A stretch of 64,000 bases of DNA from Fimbriimonadia bacterium (GCA_041483895.1 JBGPGO010000016.1:14952-78951); one strand, 5' to 3'; numbered from the stretch's first letter, positions 36,442-46,211 are shown. Notes: a model not told the origin generated them from the sequence alone. A program made the numbers and translations.

Positions 36442-37212
36442 ATGATCTGTGTCCTCGCTGCCATGGTCGCGCTGAGCGCCCCACCCGCCGGAGCCAGCGC
36501 CATTTCATACGCCGCCAAAAAACTGGGGTCCACCACCCTGCACGTCGTCACCATCGACCTCAATAGCTATGATGTGAAAGTAAGCGGCGTCGTTTCCAAG
36601 CGTTTGGGAGTTGCCGAGCCGGTCGGTCAGATGGTCCATCGCGCCCGGCCCGCTGTTGCCATTACCGGCACCTTTCACTCTTTGCAGACAAAGCGGCCCG
36701 TCGGCGACATCGTAATTGATGGGGAGTGCGTCAATTGGGGCCATATTCCTAGCTGTCTCGCCATTGACTGGTTTGGGAAGGCAACCATCGTCCATCCGGC
36801 CTGGGGCTGCACGCAAAAGTGGCGGGACTACGAATATGTGCTGGGAGCGGGTATTCGCATCATGAAAGGCGGGGTGGTTGCGCCGGATCTGAAAGGGCGC
36901 AAAGACGGCAGCCTTTCTAAGCCGAACCCCCGCGTGGCGGCCGGCATTACAAAAGACAACAAATTAATCCTTATCGCAACACGAAAAAAGATGACACTTT
37001 CCGGCGTTGCGAAGGTTCTAAAGAGCATGGGCGCCCGAGAGGCGATCTGTTTCGACGGCGGCTCTAGTGTCTGTCTGTATTACAGAGGCAGGATGGTGTT
37101 GCCTACCGGAAGGCGGCTCACCAACCTGCTCGTAGCGTATGATCGGCCGGAACTGTACCGGCAGGTCAAAAGTAAGCTGTCACCGCAGCGCGCAGAAAAA
37201 ATTGCCCGGTAG
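36442..37212 (+). CDS. Phosphodiester glycosidase (NAGPA-like) family protein
   Basis: AI.GTF, NPRVAAGI, AICFDGGSS. Confidence 0.8.
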   Translation: MICVLAAMVALSAPPAGASAISYAAKKLGSTTLHVVTIDLNSYDVKVSGVVSKRLGVAEPVGQMVHRARPAVAITGTFHSLQTKRPVGDIVIDGECVNWGHIPSCLAIDWFGKATIVHPAWGCTQKWRDYEYVLGAGIRIMKGGVVAPDLKGRKDGSLSKPNPRVAAGITKDNKLILIATRKKMTLSGVAKVLKSMGAREAICFDGGSSVCLYYRGRMVLPTGRRLTNLLVAYDRPELYRQVKSKLSPQRAEKIAR

Positions 37213-37344
37213 GTTTACCGGGCAATGAGGTGAAGAGCACTGCGCGATCCGCGGTCATAGGAGGGGCCCCGAGATTTACTCGGGGCTTCTCACTCAATCC
37301 TGTGACTTGCCGAGCGAGTAGAATGTTCCCAGGGTATTTCAGAA

Positions 37345-38487
37345 ATGCACGAATTTTCTCGTTGTTGGGCGGAAATCGACCTCGACCATCTTCGGCATAA
37401 CCTCACGCAGCTTCGGGGTCTGGTTACCCCGGGCAGTATGTACTGCTTTGTGGTGAAGGCGGACGGCTACGGACACGGGCTGGTGGAGGTGTCCCGGTGC
37501 GCTGTGGAGCATGGGGTCGATTGGCTGGCCGTTGCTACAGTTGGTGAGGGAATTACCCTGCGAGAGGCCGGGCTCTCTGCGCCCGTCTTGGTTCTATCCC
37601 CCGTTTCCCCGTTGGATGCCGACGTGCTTGTCCGGTATGACCTTCGCAATATGGTGGAGGAGGCTGAGGCTGCGAAGGCCCTCTCCGTGGCGGCCCAGCG
37701 CCAAGGGAAGACCGTGAAGCTGCACATCAAAGTGGATACCGGAATGGCGCGGTTTGGCGTCCAACCGGATCAGGCCGCCGATCTCGCGCGATTGCTGTCC
37801 GGCCTGCCGGGGATCGAATTGGAGGGCATTGCAACGCACTTCAGCAGTTGCGCGCTGGATTTGGACTACACGGCGATGCAGTACCGAGAATTCGAGCGGG
37901 TCCTTGCCGAAATTGGGGCCGGCGGCGTTGACATCCCTATGGTCCACTGCACCAACAGCGCCGCTCTCATTCGGTTCAACAAGGTGCAGCGGTCGATGGT
38001 GCGCAGCGGCATCCTGGCGTACGGCATCCGCAATGTTCCCTGCCCCGAGGTGGATTTGCGGCCCGCGATGACCTGGCGGACGCGGATCATGGCGCTGCGG
38101 GAGATACCGGCCGGGAAGCGGGTGGGATACGGCGGGACTTGGATCACCGAGCGCCGCACCCGTCTCGCGACGCTGGGCACCGGGTACGCCGACGGGTATC
38201 CGAGGGAGCTGAGCAACAAGGGCTCCGTGCTGATTCACGGCAAGGAAGCGCCGGTGCGGGGGATTGTGTGCATGGACCAGGTGATGGTGGACGTAACGGA
38301 TATTCCGTCAGCCAAGCTGGGAGAAGTGGTCGGGCTGGTGGAAGGTCCGGTTACCGCCGAGCGCCTTGCCGGCTGGGTCGGCACCACGCCGCACGAGATC
38401 CCTTGCCGTATAACCGGTCGTGTGGACAGGATCTATCTGCATCAAGTGGCTTCCGCGCCCGTCCCCGTCGCGACAATTGCGGGATAA
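37345..38487 (+). CDS. alr: Alanine racemase
   Basis: VVKADGYGHG, HIKVDTGMARFG, GYADGY, CMDQ. Confidence 0.97.
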   Translation: MHEFSRCWAEIDLDHLRHNLTQLRGLVTPGSMYCFVVKADGYGHGLVEVSRCAVEHGVDWLAVATVGEGITLREAGLSAPVLVLSPVSPLDADVLVRYDLRNMVEEAEAAKALSVAAQRQGKTVKLHIKVDTGMARFGVQPDQAADLARLLSGLPGIELEGIATHFSSCALDLDYTAMQYREFERVLAEIGAGGVDIPMVHCTNSAALIRFNKVQRSMVRSGILAYGIRNVPCPEVDLRPAMTWRTRIMALREIPAGKRVGYGGTWITERRTRLATLGTGYADGYPRELSNKGSVLIHGKEAPVRGIVCMDQVMVDVTDIPSAKLGEVVGLVEGPVTAERLAGWVGTTPHEIPCRITGRVDRIYLHQVASAPVPVATIAG

Positions 38488-38596
38488 CTCTCCCTGCCCC
38501 AATTGCCGCCAGCGACCCTACCGTACGAGCTATTAACCCTGCGGATCAGCGAACCGGCAATTGCCCCTGATTTGGCCGCTTTCTCCAAGAATCCAC

Positions 38597-38625
38597 TTGA
38601 CGGATGGCGGTTCTCGCTATAGAGT
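38597..38625 (+). promoter_or_regulatory. Putative sigma-70 promoter
   Basis: TTGACG-N17-TAGAGT upstream of the gene at 38673. Confidence 0.5.
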
Positions 38626-38672
38626 AGCCTTGTATTTTGTTTTCTTTTTGTGTTCAGGAAAGCGAGTAAGAG

Positions 38673-39311
38673 ATGGATTTACGAACCTACCCTGTGATGG
38701 TTTTCTTGGCGTTGTCCGGAGCCGCCTTTGCCCAGGTATCACAGATGGGCATCGTGGTCGATGGATACACCATTACGTGGAACAATCCGAGCGGATCGAA
38801 GATCATCAACATCGATTCGCCGGCCGGCTATCACCTGTCGGGAAGTATGAAATTCGATGGCAGCCTGTTGAGCTATGCGCTGATCTTGAATGGTGGCCCC
38901 GCTACGGAGGGCAACATCAACATGTGGTACAAGGCTCCAGCGAGCTGGTTCGACACGATTAATTATTGGGGCAACACTGCCGCAGCGCTGTTCTACGGCA
39001 CGCAACTGGGGATTGTTGAAGGCAACACTACGCTTGGCACGGCCTACAACAACGGCAAAATGCTCGGCGACGGTTGGAAGTTTACCAACTTGCCGGGTGA
39101 ATCGAGTTCGTTCGAGCAACACTTCCCGTTCACCAAAGAGCCGCCAAAGTACACGTACAGCATCAATCTTTCGGTCACGAAACCAACCGGATTAACGATC
39201 GACACGCGTGGATGGGCCGGCATTGGCATCGTCCCCGAACCTTCCTCGATTGCCGCGGTGACTATCGGTCTTGGCCTGATGATTCGACGCCGCGTAAAGC
39301 AGCAAGGATAA
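38673..39311 (+). CDS. PEP-CTERM exported protein
   Basis: Signal peptide ending AFA; C-terminal VPEPSS-TM-RRR. Confidence 0.88.
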   Translation: MDLRTYPVMVFLALSGAAFAQVSQMGIVVDGYTITWNNPSGSKIINIDSPAGYHLSGSMKFDGSLLSYALILNGGPATEGNINMWYKAPASWFDTINYWGNTAAALFYGTQLGIVEGNTTLGTAYNNGKMLGDGWKFTNLPGESSSFEQHFPFTKEPPKYTYSINLSVTKPTGLTIDTRGWAGIGIVPEPSSIAAVTIGLGLMIRRRVKQQG

Positions 39312-40218
39312 CAATCCAATCCGGCGGTCGATCCGCCGTGAGGGATAGCGAGTGGCCGGTAATCGGATGCTCGAGGTCTAGCCGAAAGGCGCGCAGCGCC
39401 TGGCCGTCTAGAGACCCGACGCTCCGATTATCGGCTTTCTTGGTTCCATACACTTTGTCGCCGAGGATGGGAAGGCCGATGGAGGCCAGGTGGACGCGGA
39501 CCTGATGGGTCCTGCCTGTGTGCAGCGTGGCGATGAGAACGGCATGCCCGATAAGTCTCTCCGTAACTTCGAAATCCGTTGTTGCCGATCTGCCGTCCGC
39601 AACAATGGCCATTTTCTTTCGGTCATTCGGGTGCCGGCCGATCGGCGCATCGACCCGGAACCGGTCCTGCTGTGGGCTTCCAACGACGATACATTCGTAC
39701 TTTCGCGATACCTTGCGCTCTTGAATCATCCTGGCAAGTTTCGCGTGCGTCGCATCTGTTTTCGCGACGAGCATCAGCCCGGCAGTGTCCTTATCCAAAC
39801 GGTGGACTATGCCAGGCCGGAAGCTGCCGGCAGCCTCTGACAATGCGCCGCCTCGCCCCAGGAGCGCATTCACCAGAGTTCCCTGCCGGTTCCCCGCCGC
39901 CGGATGCACGACCATACCGGCCGGCTTGTTGATCACCATCATGAATTCGTCTTCGTACACGATGTCGAGCGGTATGTCCTCTGGAGTGAGGTTCTCGTCC
40001 GGCGGCGTTTCTCGGAGCTTCGCGCAAGTTACGATGTCGCCGGCCTCAAGTTTGTGGCTTGGCTTTGCCGGCCTCCCATTGACGAGCACTTCCCCCTCCT
40101 CGATCGCGCGCTGCAATCGGGAGCGGCTATGTTCGGGCAGCCGGTCGGCCAGGTAGCGATCCAGCCGGACGGCCGCTGCGATACTTTCGACGATAGATCT
40201 GTGCGTATTTGCCCCCAC
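39262..40218 (-). CDS. rluD: RluA/RluD family pseudouridine synthase
   Basis: S4 domain RLDRYL, NKPAGMVVHP, HRLDKDT, TGRTHQVRVH; start uncertain, GTG 40218 preferred. Confidence 0.92.
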   Translation of the reverse strand: MGANTHRSIVESIAAAVRLDRYLADRLPEHSRSRLQRAIEEGEVLVNGRPAKPSHKLEAGDIVTCAKLRETPPDENLTPEDIPLDIVYEDEFMMVINKPAGMVVHPAAGNRQGTLVNALLGRGGALSEAAGSFRPGIVHRLDKDTAGLMLVAKTDATHAKLARMIQERKVSRKYECIVVGSPQQDRFRVDAPIGRHPNDRKKMAIVADGRSATTDFEVTERLIGHAVLIATLHTGRTHQVRVHLASIGLPILGDKVYGTKKADNRSVGSLDGQALRAFRLDLEHPITGHSLSLTADRPPDWIVILAALRGVESSGQDR

Positions 40219-40372
40219 CCTAACCCTCCCCCGCAAGCGGGGGAGGGGATTTGCATGCTCCCCCACCCTCCACCGCAAGCGGGGGAGGGGATTAACCAGC
40301 CCCCCCTCCCCCACAAACGGGGGAGGGGATTCATCCGCCCCCTACTCTCCCCCTCAAGCGGGGGAGGGGATT
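40212..40372. repeat. Four tandem hairpins CCCTCCCCC(GCAAGC)GGGGGAGGGGAT (family E)
   Basis: Four GC-rich palindromes at roughly 40-bp spacing between rluD and the SRP RNA. Confidence 0.9.
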
Positions 40373-40402
40373 AATCTTCGCAATGGTTAAAGGCGGCAGG
40401 TG

Positions 40403-40672
40403 TGGCCGCGCACCTGCCTTCGACAACACCCTCCGCGGCATGCGAACGACGGCGACTCCTACCGGGAGCTCTGCGGCGCACGGGGCAATCGGTTTACCGT
40501 TGCTTCCTTCCGGACCTGGCGGGGTTCGCCGCCGCTCCGTCGCGCAGTGCCCGATTGTCAACATCGCCGACGAACGTCGTTTCGCGAGGGGCAACTGCCT
40601 AGGGCGGGAATTCGACCCCGCTATAGCGGATTGCGGGAACAGGGCACCGCTGGCTCCCCATCTAGCGCGGCC
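40403..40672 (-). ncRNA. ffs: Large bacterial SRP RNA with Alu domain
   Basis: Minus strand carries GCCAGGTCCGGAAGGAAGCAAC (helix 8), a 5' Alu-like GGGGAGCCAGCGGTGCCCTGTTCCCGCAATCCGC and pairing ends GGCCGCGC/GCGCGGCC; about 270 nt. Confidence 0.93.
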
Positions 40673-40698
40673 ACAGCCGCCGCCTCAATTCTCTAATG

Positions 40699-42060
40699 CT
40701 ATGTCGATTTCGCAGGCCCAGGAGTTCCGGGCGTGTTGGGAACTACTCGATACTTGGGCGCCTCTTCTTGTACCTCTACGAACCCGGGCGTTTCGACGAC
40801 AACCTTCTTATCGCGCCATTCGCCCCGCTGCAAAATCTGGTCCTTTGTAATCGTCAGGGTGCAAAGGATTTGCCGCAAAGACGGGTCGTCTTTCGGGATG
40901 TTCAAGTATCGCTTGTCATCCATGGCTTCCCCATTCCAACCGAGCCGATCTTGAATGCTTGCCGGCGCCCATCGCGGAGACCACGAGAATACGATATCAT
41001 ACTTTTCGGCATCGAACGGATACATGGCGGGATCCTTCGACATGTTGATCGTCCGTGCAAATCGCTTTTTCTTGTTGTACAAATCGTCCTGCATGTAAGT
41101 GACGTCCTTCGGCAGCTCCGGAGAAAACGGCAGCTTTTCGTTTTCCGCCAAATGCAGGTCGTAACTTTGATCCTTCAGGACGATCCGGACCCTTGCGCCG
41201 ATCGGGGCGAGCCCCAACGTCCCCACCACCCGAATGACGCCCGGCTCGGTCACCGTTATTCGCGCTCCAAAATCCATCTGCTCCAAGGGCGGCAACGTCG
41301 TGTAATGGCCTGCCGGACCATAGTCGCCACGCTGTTTCGCGAAATAGCCCCGCGCGGCCATGCGAATGATATGCTGGTCAAGATTCTTCTCAACCGTATC
41401 TCGCCCGATGCGCGCGGATTCGTTGCCGGGATAGTCGTCGAGAATCTTTTGATTCATATCGAGAAGCTCGTACAGATAGTTCAATGCGTCGGATATCTGA
41501 CCGTTCTTGTAATAGGCATGGGCCAAAATGTCGCGACGGGCGAGCGGAATATCCTCAAAGTTTTTCGCCTTTTCAAATGCCTCCACCGCGCCCTTATAGT
41601 CCATGATCTTGTGGTACTTCATCCACCCCAGTTCGAACCACAGCTCATACGTGTTCTGATTGTTGTTGACACCCTCGCGCAAGAGCTGCAAAGCCGGGAC
41701 CAGATATCTGCGATCGGATCGCTGGTCCTCATCGGTAAAGTTGTAGCCCATGTGCCACGCGCCGGTCACGTAGACATCGATCTGCTTTGAATCGAGCAGC
41801 GTGACGAGGCGGACAAGCGGCAGGATCGCGTCATAGTTCCCTTGGTGGAAGAATTCATCGGCCCGCACCCACATGATGCCAGCCAGCACCTCCCGAAATC
41901 CGCTCAGCGCGACCAATACCTGTTCCGCGCCCAAACCTGGGACGGACAGTTTCGGAGGCGCATAGTATTTCTTCCAAAACGGATCGATTTTCGTTTGCAG
42001 CACAGCTTGAGAACCGAATAGCAAAAGGAGGACAGGAATGGCCCACTTCATCCGCTTCAT
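40699..42060 (-). CDS. TPR-like membrane-anchored protein coupled to the ABC transporter
   Basis: N-terminal hydrophobic segment, W..ADE.FH.G, helical repeats; overlaps the permease stop. Confidence 0.7.
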   Translation of the reverse strand: MKRMKWAIPVLLLLFGSQAVLQTKIDPFWKKYYAPPKLSVPGLGAEQVLVALSGFREVLAGIMWVRADEFFHQGNYDAILPLVRLVTLLDSKQIDVYVTGAWHMGYNFTDEDQRSDRRYLVPALQLLREGVNNNQNTYELWFELGWMKYHKIMDYKGAVEAFEKAKNFEDIPLARRDILAHAYYKNGQISDALNYLYELLDMNQKILDDYPGNESARIGRDTVEKNLDQHIIRMAARGYFAKQRGDYGPAGHYTTLPPLEQMDFGARITVTEPGVIRVVGTLGLAPIGARVRIVLKDQSYDLHLAENEKLPFSPELPKDVTYMQDDLYNKKKRFARTINMSKDPAMYPFDAEKYDIVFSWSPRWAPASIQDRLGWNGEAMDDKRYLNIPKDDPSLRQILCTLTITKDQILQRGEWRDKKVVVETPGFVEVQEEAPKYRVVPNTPGTPGPAKST

Positions 42061-42833
42061 CAGACCTCTCTCCGATCGAAGATCACGACGGCGAGCGTGA
42101 GCAAAATGCCGGTGTAAAAGACCGCGTACAGGATCACCTGAAGGTTGTACACCTGTGTGTTGGCAATCATGGATCCCGGATTGATAATCGGATTCTGCAC
42201 GTTATAGTTCGCGAAGTTCGGCAGCACGTAGTGGATCAGGGTGGCGCCGAAGCGGGTTAACTGATTTTCCGTTGTGGAGAGTGATTCGAAGAGCGGGTTC
42301 GCCAGGTTGCCGACCATATAGATGCCGAAGCTGAGGAAGAAGTTGACGAGGGGCGATACGAATGTGCTGAAAAACATCGCGACCGCCGCCAGGATCATCA
42401 TCTGCAGAAAAAACAGAGGCGGACCGGCCAACAGGTTGATTGGGAGACTGTGCTTCGACAGATAATAAACCAGCAAAAACGTGACGGTCATGAGGGCCAT
42501 CATCATAAGGATGGTCGCAAGGCTGCCGAGGAACTTGCCGAGCAGGAATTGATGCCTTTGCACCGGTTTGGACAAAATCGTGTAGATGGTCCTGCGCTCG
42601 ATCTCTTGCGGAATCAGGCTGATGGTGAGAACGACAGCGACCAGCGCGCCAATCATTTGGATCACTCCCAAGCCGAACGAGAGCAAGACCGTGGTTTCCT
42701 GTCGCGGGGAAAGCTGATTGAGGCCGGGGGTGATGATGAGAAGGCCCACGCCGAGGAGCAGGATTACCAGCAACACTTTTCGGCGGACAGCCTCACCCAG
42801 GGTCGTGGACGCAATGGCGTAGATAGCGCCCAT
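42060..42833 (-). CDS. ABC transporter permease (PilI-like)
   Basis: EIERRTIYTILSKPV.R...LLGKF, FDRREV. Confidence 0.88.
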   Translation of the reverse strand: MGAIYAIASTTLGEAVRRKVLLVILLLGVGLLIITPGLNQLSPRQETTVLLSFGLGVIQMIGALVAVVLTISLIPQEIERRTIYTILSKPVQRHQFLLGKFLGSLATILMMMALMTVTFLLVYYLSKHSLPINLLAGPPLFFLQMMILAAVAMFFSTFVSPLVNFFLSFGIYMVGNLANPLFESLSTTENQLTRFGATLIHYVLPNFANYNVQNPIINPGSMIANTQVYNLQVILYAVFYTGILLTLAVVIFDRREV

Positions 42834-43822
42834 TAGACGCCCCCTCCGGTCATGGTCTCGACAAAGAGGTCTTCCAGCCGTTTCCGACGAGGGATGACGC
42901 TGTTGATCTGTGCGTTTCCGGTGCGAAGCAGGTCCAGCACCTGGTTCACGCTGCCATCGTCCGGCACATCCACAATCAGGCGGCCGTCGCTGAGCGAGAC
43001 GATTGCGCCGTTGCCCTGCAGCTTGTCGTGCATCTCTTGGCTCGCATGGTCGGCGATAACTTCCACCCTTCCACCGGCAAGCAGTTCATCGAGCGTCCCT
43101 TCCTTCACCACATCCCCTTTATCCATCATCACCACTCGATCGCAGATCCGTTCCACATCCGATAGTTCGTGCGAGCTGATGAAAATCGTTTTTCCTTCGT
43201 CCCGGAGCTGCAGGATCAGGTTCCTGATTTCGATATGCGCAACGGGATCGAGGCCGCCGGTCGGTTCATCCAGGAAGAGAATCCTCGGTTCGTTCAAGAG
43301 GCATTGGGCTAGACCGATTCGTTGCTGCATGCCCTTGGAATACTGGCCAATCGGTTTGCGCGCGTCACCGGCCAGACCGACCTGTTCCAGCAGCTTCTCA
43401 ATCCTCTGCTTTCGTTCCAAACCGCCTATATGGAAGAGTCGGGCATAAAAGTCCAAAATCTCCGCGCCGGTCATGTGGTCGTAATAATACGGCTTCTCGG
43501 GGAGATAGCTCAATTGATAGTGAGTTTGGACGTCCATGCAGTCGTGGCCCATGATCCAGGCTTGGCCGGATGTTGGATAGATGATGCCGAGCAGAATCTT
43601 GATTGCGGTAGTCTTCCCTGCTCCATTGGGACCGAGCAGACCGAAAATCTCACCCTCTTTGACTTCGATATTGAGATTATTTACAACGTTTCTCTTCCCC
43701 GTCCACCGGGAAGAATAGGTCTTTGTTAGGTTTTCTGTTCGAATGGCAGCCGTCAAGGGCGCCTCCTGTCTGGGCATTCCAAGTGAACCTGAATTATACT
43801 GGCCGCTTGGATTTGCTGTCAA
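42833..43822 (-). CDS. ABC transporter ATP-binding protein (PilH-like)
   Basis: GPNGAGKTT, YSKGMQQRIGLAQ, LDEPT, LEDLF; start may be the later ATG. Confidence 0.92.
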   Translation of the reverse strand: MTANPSGQYNSGSLGMPRQEAPLTAAIRTENLTKTYSSRWTGKRNVVNNLNIEVKEGEIFGLLGPNGAGKTTAIKILLGIIYPTSGQAWIMGHDCMDVQTHYQLSYLPEKPYYYDHMTGAEILDFYARLFHIGGLERKQRIEKLLEQVGLAGDARKPIGQYSKGMQQRIGLAQCLLNEPRILFLDEPTGGLDPVAHIEIRNLILQLRDEGKTIFISSHELSDVERICDRVVMMDKGDVVKEGTLDELLAGGRVEVIADHASQEMHDKLQGNGAIVSLSDGRLIVDVPDDGSVNQVLDLLRTGNAQINSVIPRRKRLEDLFVETMTGGGV

Positions 43823-44043
43823 CGAAGGGTATTTTCAGCTACCCGGTAGAAATAATGTGCCTTGATGTAGGCATTTGCTCGCTTTTTTTCATTGCAATCG
43901 AACCAAATCGTGTGGTAAACCCGTATATAAGGTTGGATAACAAAAACCTAACAGACCGCTCATACTCTCGGTGGTCTTAACGAATTCCACCGTTCTTCGC
44001 GAGAGGAACGAAAGAGAGAACGAGTCAGGTCGGAAAAACAGAT

Positions 44044-44089
44044 TGCGGGAATGTGCTTTGCTCTCCTTTCGGCATTCCCGCATTTTTTT
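44044..44089 (+). terminator. Intrinsic terminator on the plus strand
   Basis: 10-bp stem TGCGGGAATG/CATTCCCGCA followed by T7. Confidence 0.6.
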
Positions 44090-44349
44090 GTCTGGATTTC
44101 TGACGATTTCAGATTGAAAAGCCTTCCCTTTTGCACTTGCAAGGCGCGGGACAGCATTGGGACGCCGCATCGAATTGCCGACCCAGAGTCCCGCGTGGGA
44201 GGGTTGGATTCTTATCCCTTCACCGTCGTACTTTGAAGGGGGCGGGAATTTCTGACATCCAATCGTTATGGCATTTCCGCTGTGGTCAAACGCGGGCCTT
44301 TGGAACTGGCGGACGGAAGAACATCGGCAAACTGGCCCGCGCCGACTGA

Positions 44350-45879
44350 TTAATTGCCGCCGCCGCCAAAATCCCCACCGCCTCCAAAGTCGCCACCGCC
44401 ACCGAAATCTCCCCCACCACCGAAATCTCCGCCTCCACCAAGGTCCCCGCCTCCTCCAAAATCCCCGCCGCCGCCAAAGTCGCCGGATGAGAAGCTCCCC
44501 GCATCGAGATCAGGACCGCTGGAGGGAGCGCCACCGATATAGTCCGGCGGGGCGCTGCTCCATCCACCCCAGCCGCCGCCCCAATCGCCCCAGCCGCTGT
44601 AGCCGTAGTGGTTGTAGCCGCCGTAGCCCCAGCCGTATCCATATCCACCCCCGTACCACCAATTCCAGGGCGACAGAGCGCTAGAAAGAGCCGAAATTGC
44701 CAGATAGTCCCAGAGGAACGAGCGGTCGTTATACATCGTCATCGGGTTGTAGCCTTGGACTTGGTACCAGGGCATCACCTGCCCGTTTTGGTTCAGCGTT
44801 CGCACCTGAGCGTTGCCCTGTTGCGCGGCCGCGAAGCATTCGTTGCAGGCCAAAACGGATCGCCGGTTGCCTCCAATCGTCATGGTGACGGGCGTCAGCT
44901 CGCTTGCCTGGCACGGCTTGCTGCAGAAGAAGCAGGTGTTCTCAACCGGCTGGAACACGTCGCCTTGCTTACCGTCCAGCTCCACGCCCGCTCCGGGAAG
45001 AAGGGCTACCGCGGTCCCGCCTGTCGCGGTTTCGATGTGCGCCTTTCCCGCCTGGGTATCGCGTTGCGCATCTTGGTAGAAGGCAATCGCCTGGCGATAT
45101 TGATTCGTGGTCGGCTGCTTTCCAACCCGATTGTCCCCTTCCGTCAGCTTTGCGGCGGCCTGTTGGCGGACCTTCATCAGCTCATCCGCATCCTGCCCCT
45201 TGAACATTCCTTCATAGCCGTCCATATAGCTGATCCCCTCGATGGCGCGGCCCTTTTCCTGCGCGGCGATTTTCTGCAGCCTGCCGAGCTGCATCTTCCG
45301 GTTGGCGATGGTCGCAATCACAATGAACGCGATGATCCCCACGGGAATGGCGATGACCACGAACCAGACCGAATTCTTGGTTGTCTTTGCCGCTGAAATC
45401 CGAGAATTGAGGGCCTGGACATAGCTGACGAGCCCTTCGGTCGTCGGCTTGGTTCCAACGAGCGACAGGCTTTCGCGGGTGATCGAGTCCAGCTGTTTCC
45501 GGTTCAACACGTCCGAGTAGGCGCCGACGCCCCGATTGGTCATCACGACGACCATGCCGTTCTTTATCCCCAAAGCTTCCATCAGTCCCTTGGAATAGCT
45601 GACCCGATCCTCCTTGCCGGAGCGCATATACCGCGCGGGAAATGTCCGGCTGGAGATGATCACAATCTTTGTTGGGACCTTGCTATTTTTTGCGGCCGCC
45701 TCCAACTTCCCGCGGTCGAACAGATGATCACTTTCCGCTTTCACCGGGATAAACACGTCCGAGGTTCGCAGCACTTCGAGCGGATTGTCGGACCGCAATT
45801 GGGCAAGCACAGGACCGATTAGCGATACGGCCAGCGCGAGGACGAACAAAACACGAGAAAGCCTGTTAGTCATCATCAC
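44350..45879 (-). CDS. Membrane protein with CxxC..CxxC motif and Gly-rich (GGGGDF)n tail
   Basis: Signal peptide, TM helix, CFFC/CNEC, 18-bp coding repeats at about 44355-44485. Confidence 0.8.
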   Translation of the reverse strand: MMMTNRLSRVLFVLALAVSLIGPVLAQLRSDNPLEVLRTSDVFIPVKAESDHLFDRGKLEAAAKNSKVPTKIVIISSRTFPARYMRSGKEDRVSYSKGLMEALGIKNGMVVVMTNRGVGAYSDVLNRKQLDSITRESLSLVGTKPTTEGLVSYVQALNSRISAAKTTKNSVWFVVIAIPVGIIAFIVIATIANRKMQLGRLQKIAAQEKGRAIEGISYMDGYEGMFKGQDADELMKVRQQAAAKLTEGDNRVGKQPTTNQYRQAIAFYQDAQRDTQAGKAHIETATGGTAVALLPGAGVELDGKQGDVFQPVENTCFFCSKPCQASELTPVTMTIGGNRRSVLACNECFAAAQQGNAQVRTLNQNGQVMPWYQVQGYNPMTMYNDRSFLWDYLAISALSSALSPWNWWYGGGYGYGWGYGGYNHYGYSGWGDWGGGWGGWSSAPPDYIGGAPSSGPDLDAGSFSSGDFGGGGDFGGGGDLGGGGDFGGGGDFGGGGDFGGGGDFGGGGN

Positions 45880-46210
45880 CCTCCATTACGCCGTTTTCCG
45901 GCGGACGGTTGCGAATTCGCGTCGCGAACAGTTTGGCCTGCCAGTAGGTTAGAGCCGGGATGGCGAAAAAGGCCAAAACGATGCCTGTCTCCGGGCCGGA
46001 CCCGTTGGCGCCGAACAGCCGCGATATGATCAGGAGCGAAACAACAACGAGCGGCAGCGTCGCGATGAATGCCGCGCGAAAAGCGATGTTGTCGTATTCT
46101 GGCAGCCACCGCACGCCACATTTGAGGCAGATGAATGTGAAATAACGAAACGTCACGTATGTGAATATGCAATAGCCGACGACGGCGTACAGGATGCCGA
46201 ATATCTCCAT
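45866..46210 (-). CDS. Hypothetical 3-TM membrane protein
   Basis: 114-aa hydrophobic ORF tightly coupled to purB and to the next gene. Confidence 0.65.
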   Translation of the reverse strand: MEIFGILYAVVGYCIFTYVTFRYFTFICLKCGVRWLPEYDNIAFRAAFIATLPLVVVSLLIISRLFGANGSGPETGIVLAFFAIPALTYWQAKLFATRIRNRPPENGVMEGDDD

Positions 46211-46211
46211 G

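Noticed and set aside
40212..40372. CRISPR array
   Set aside because: Linkers are only about 12-18 nt and the units are degenerate GC hairpins typical of REP-like arrays.
43954..44031. Hammerhead ribozyme
   Set aside because: A three-way junction with GAAA is present but the CUGANGA core is not.
44044..44089. c-di-GMP-I riboswitch on the minus strand (GAAA loop, GCAAAGC)
   Set aside because: The 5' GGCAAAC and the second stem are missing; a plus-strand terminator explains the sequence better.
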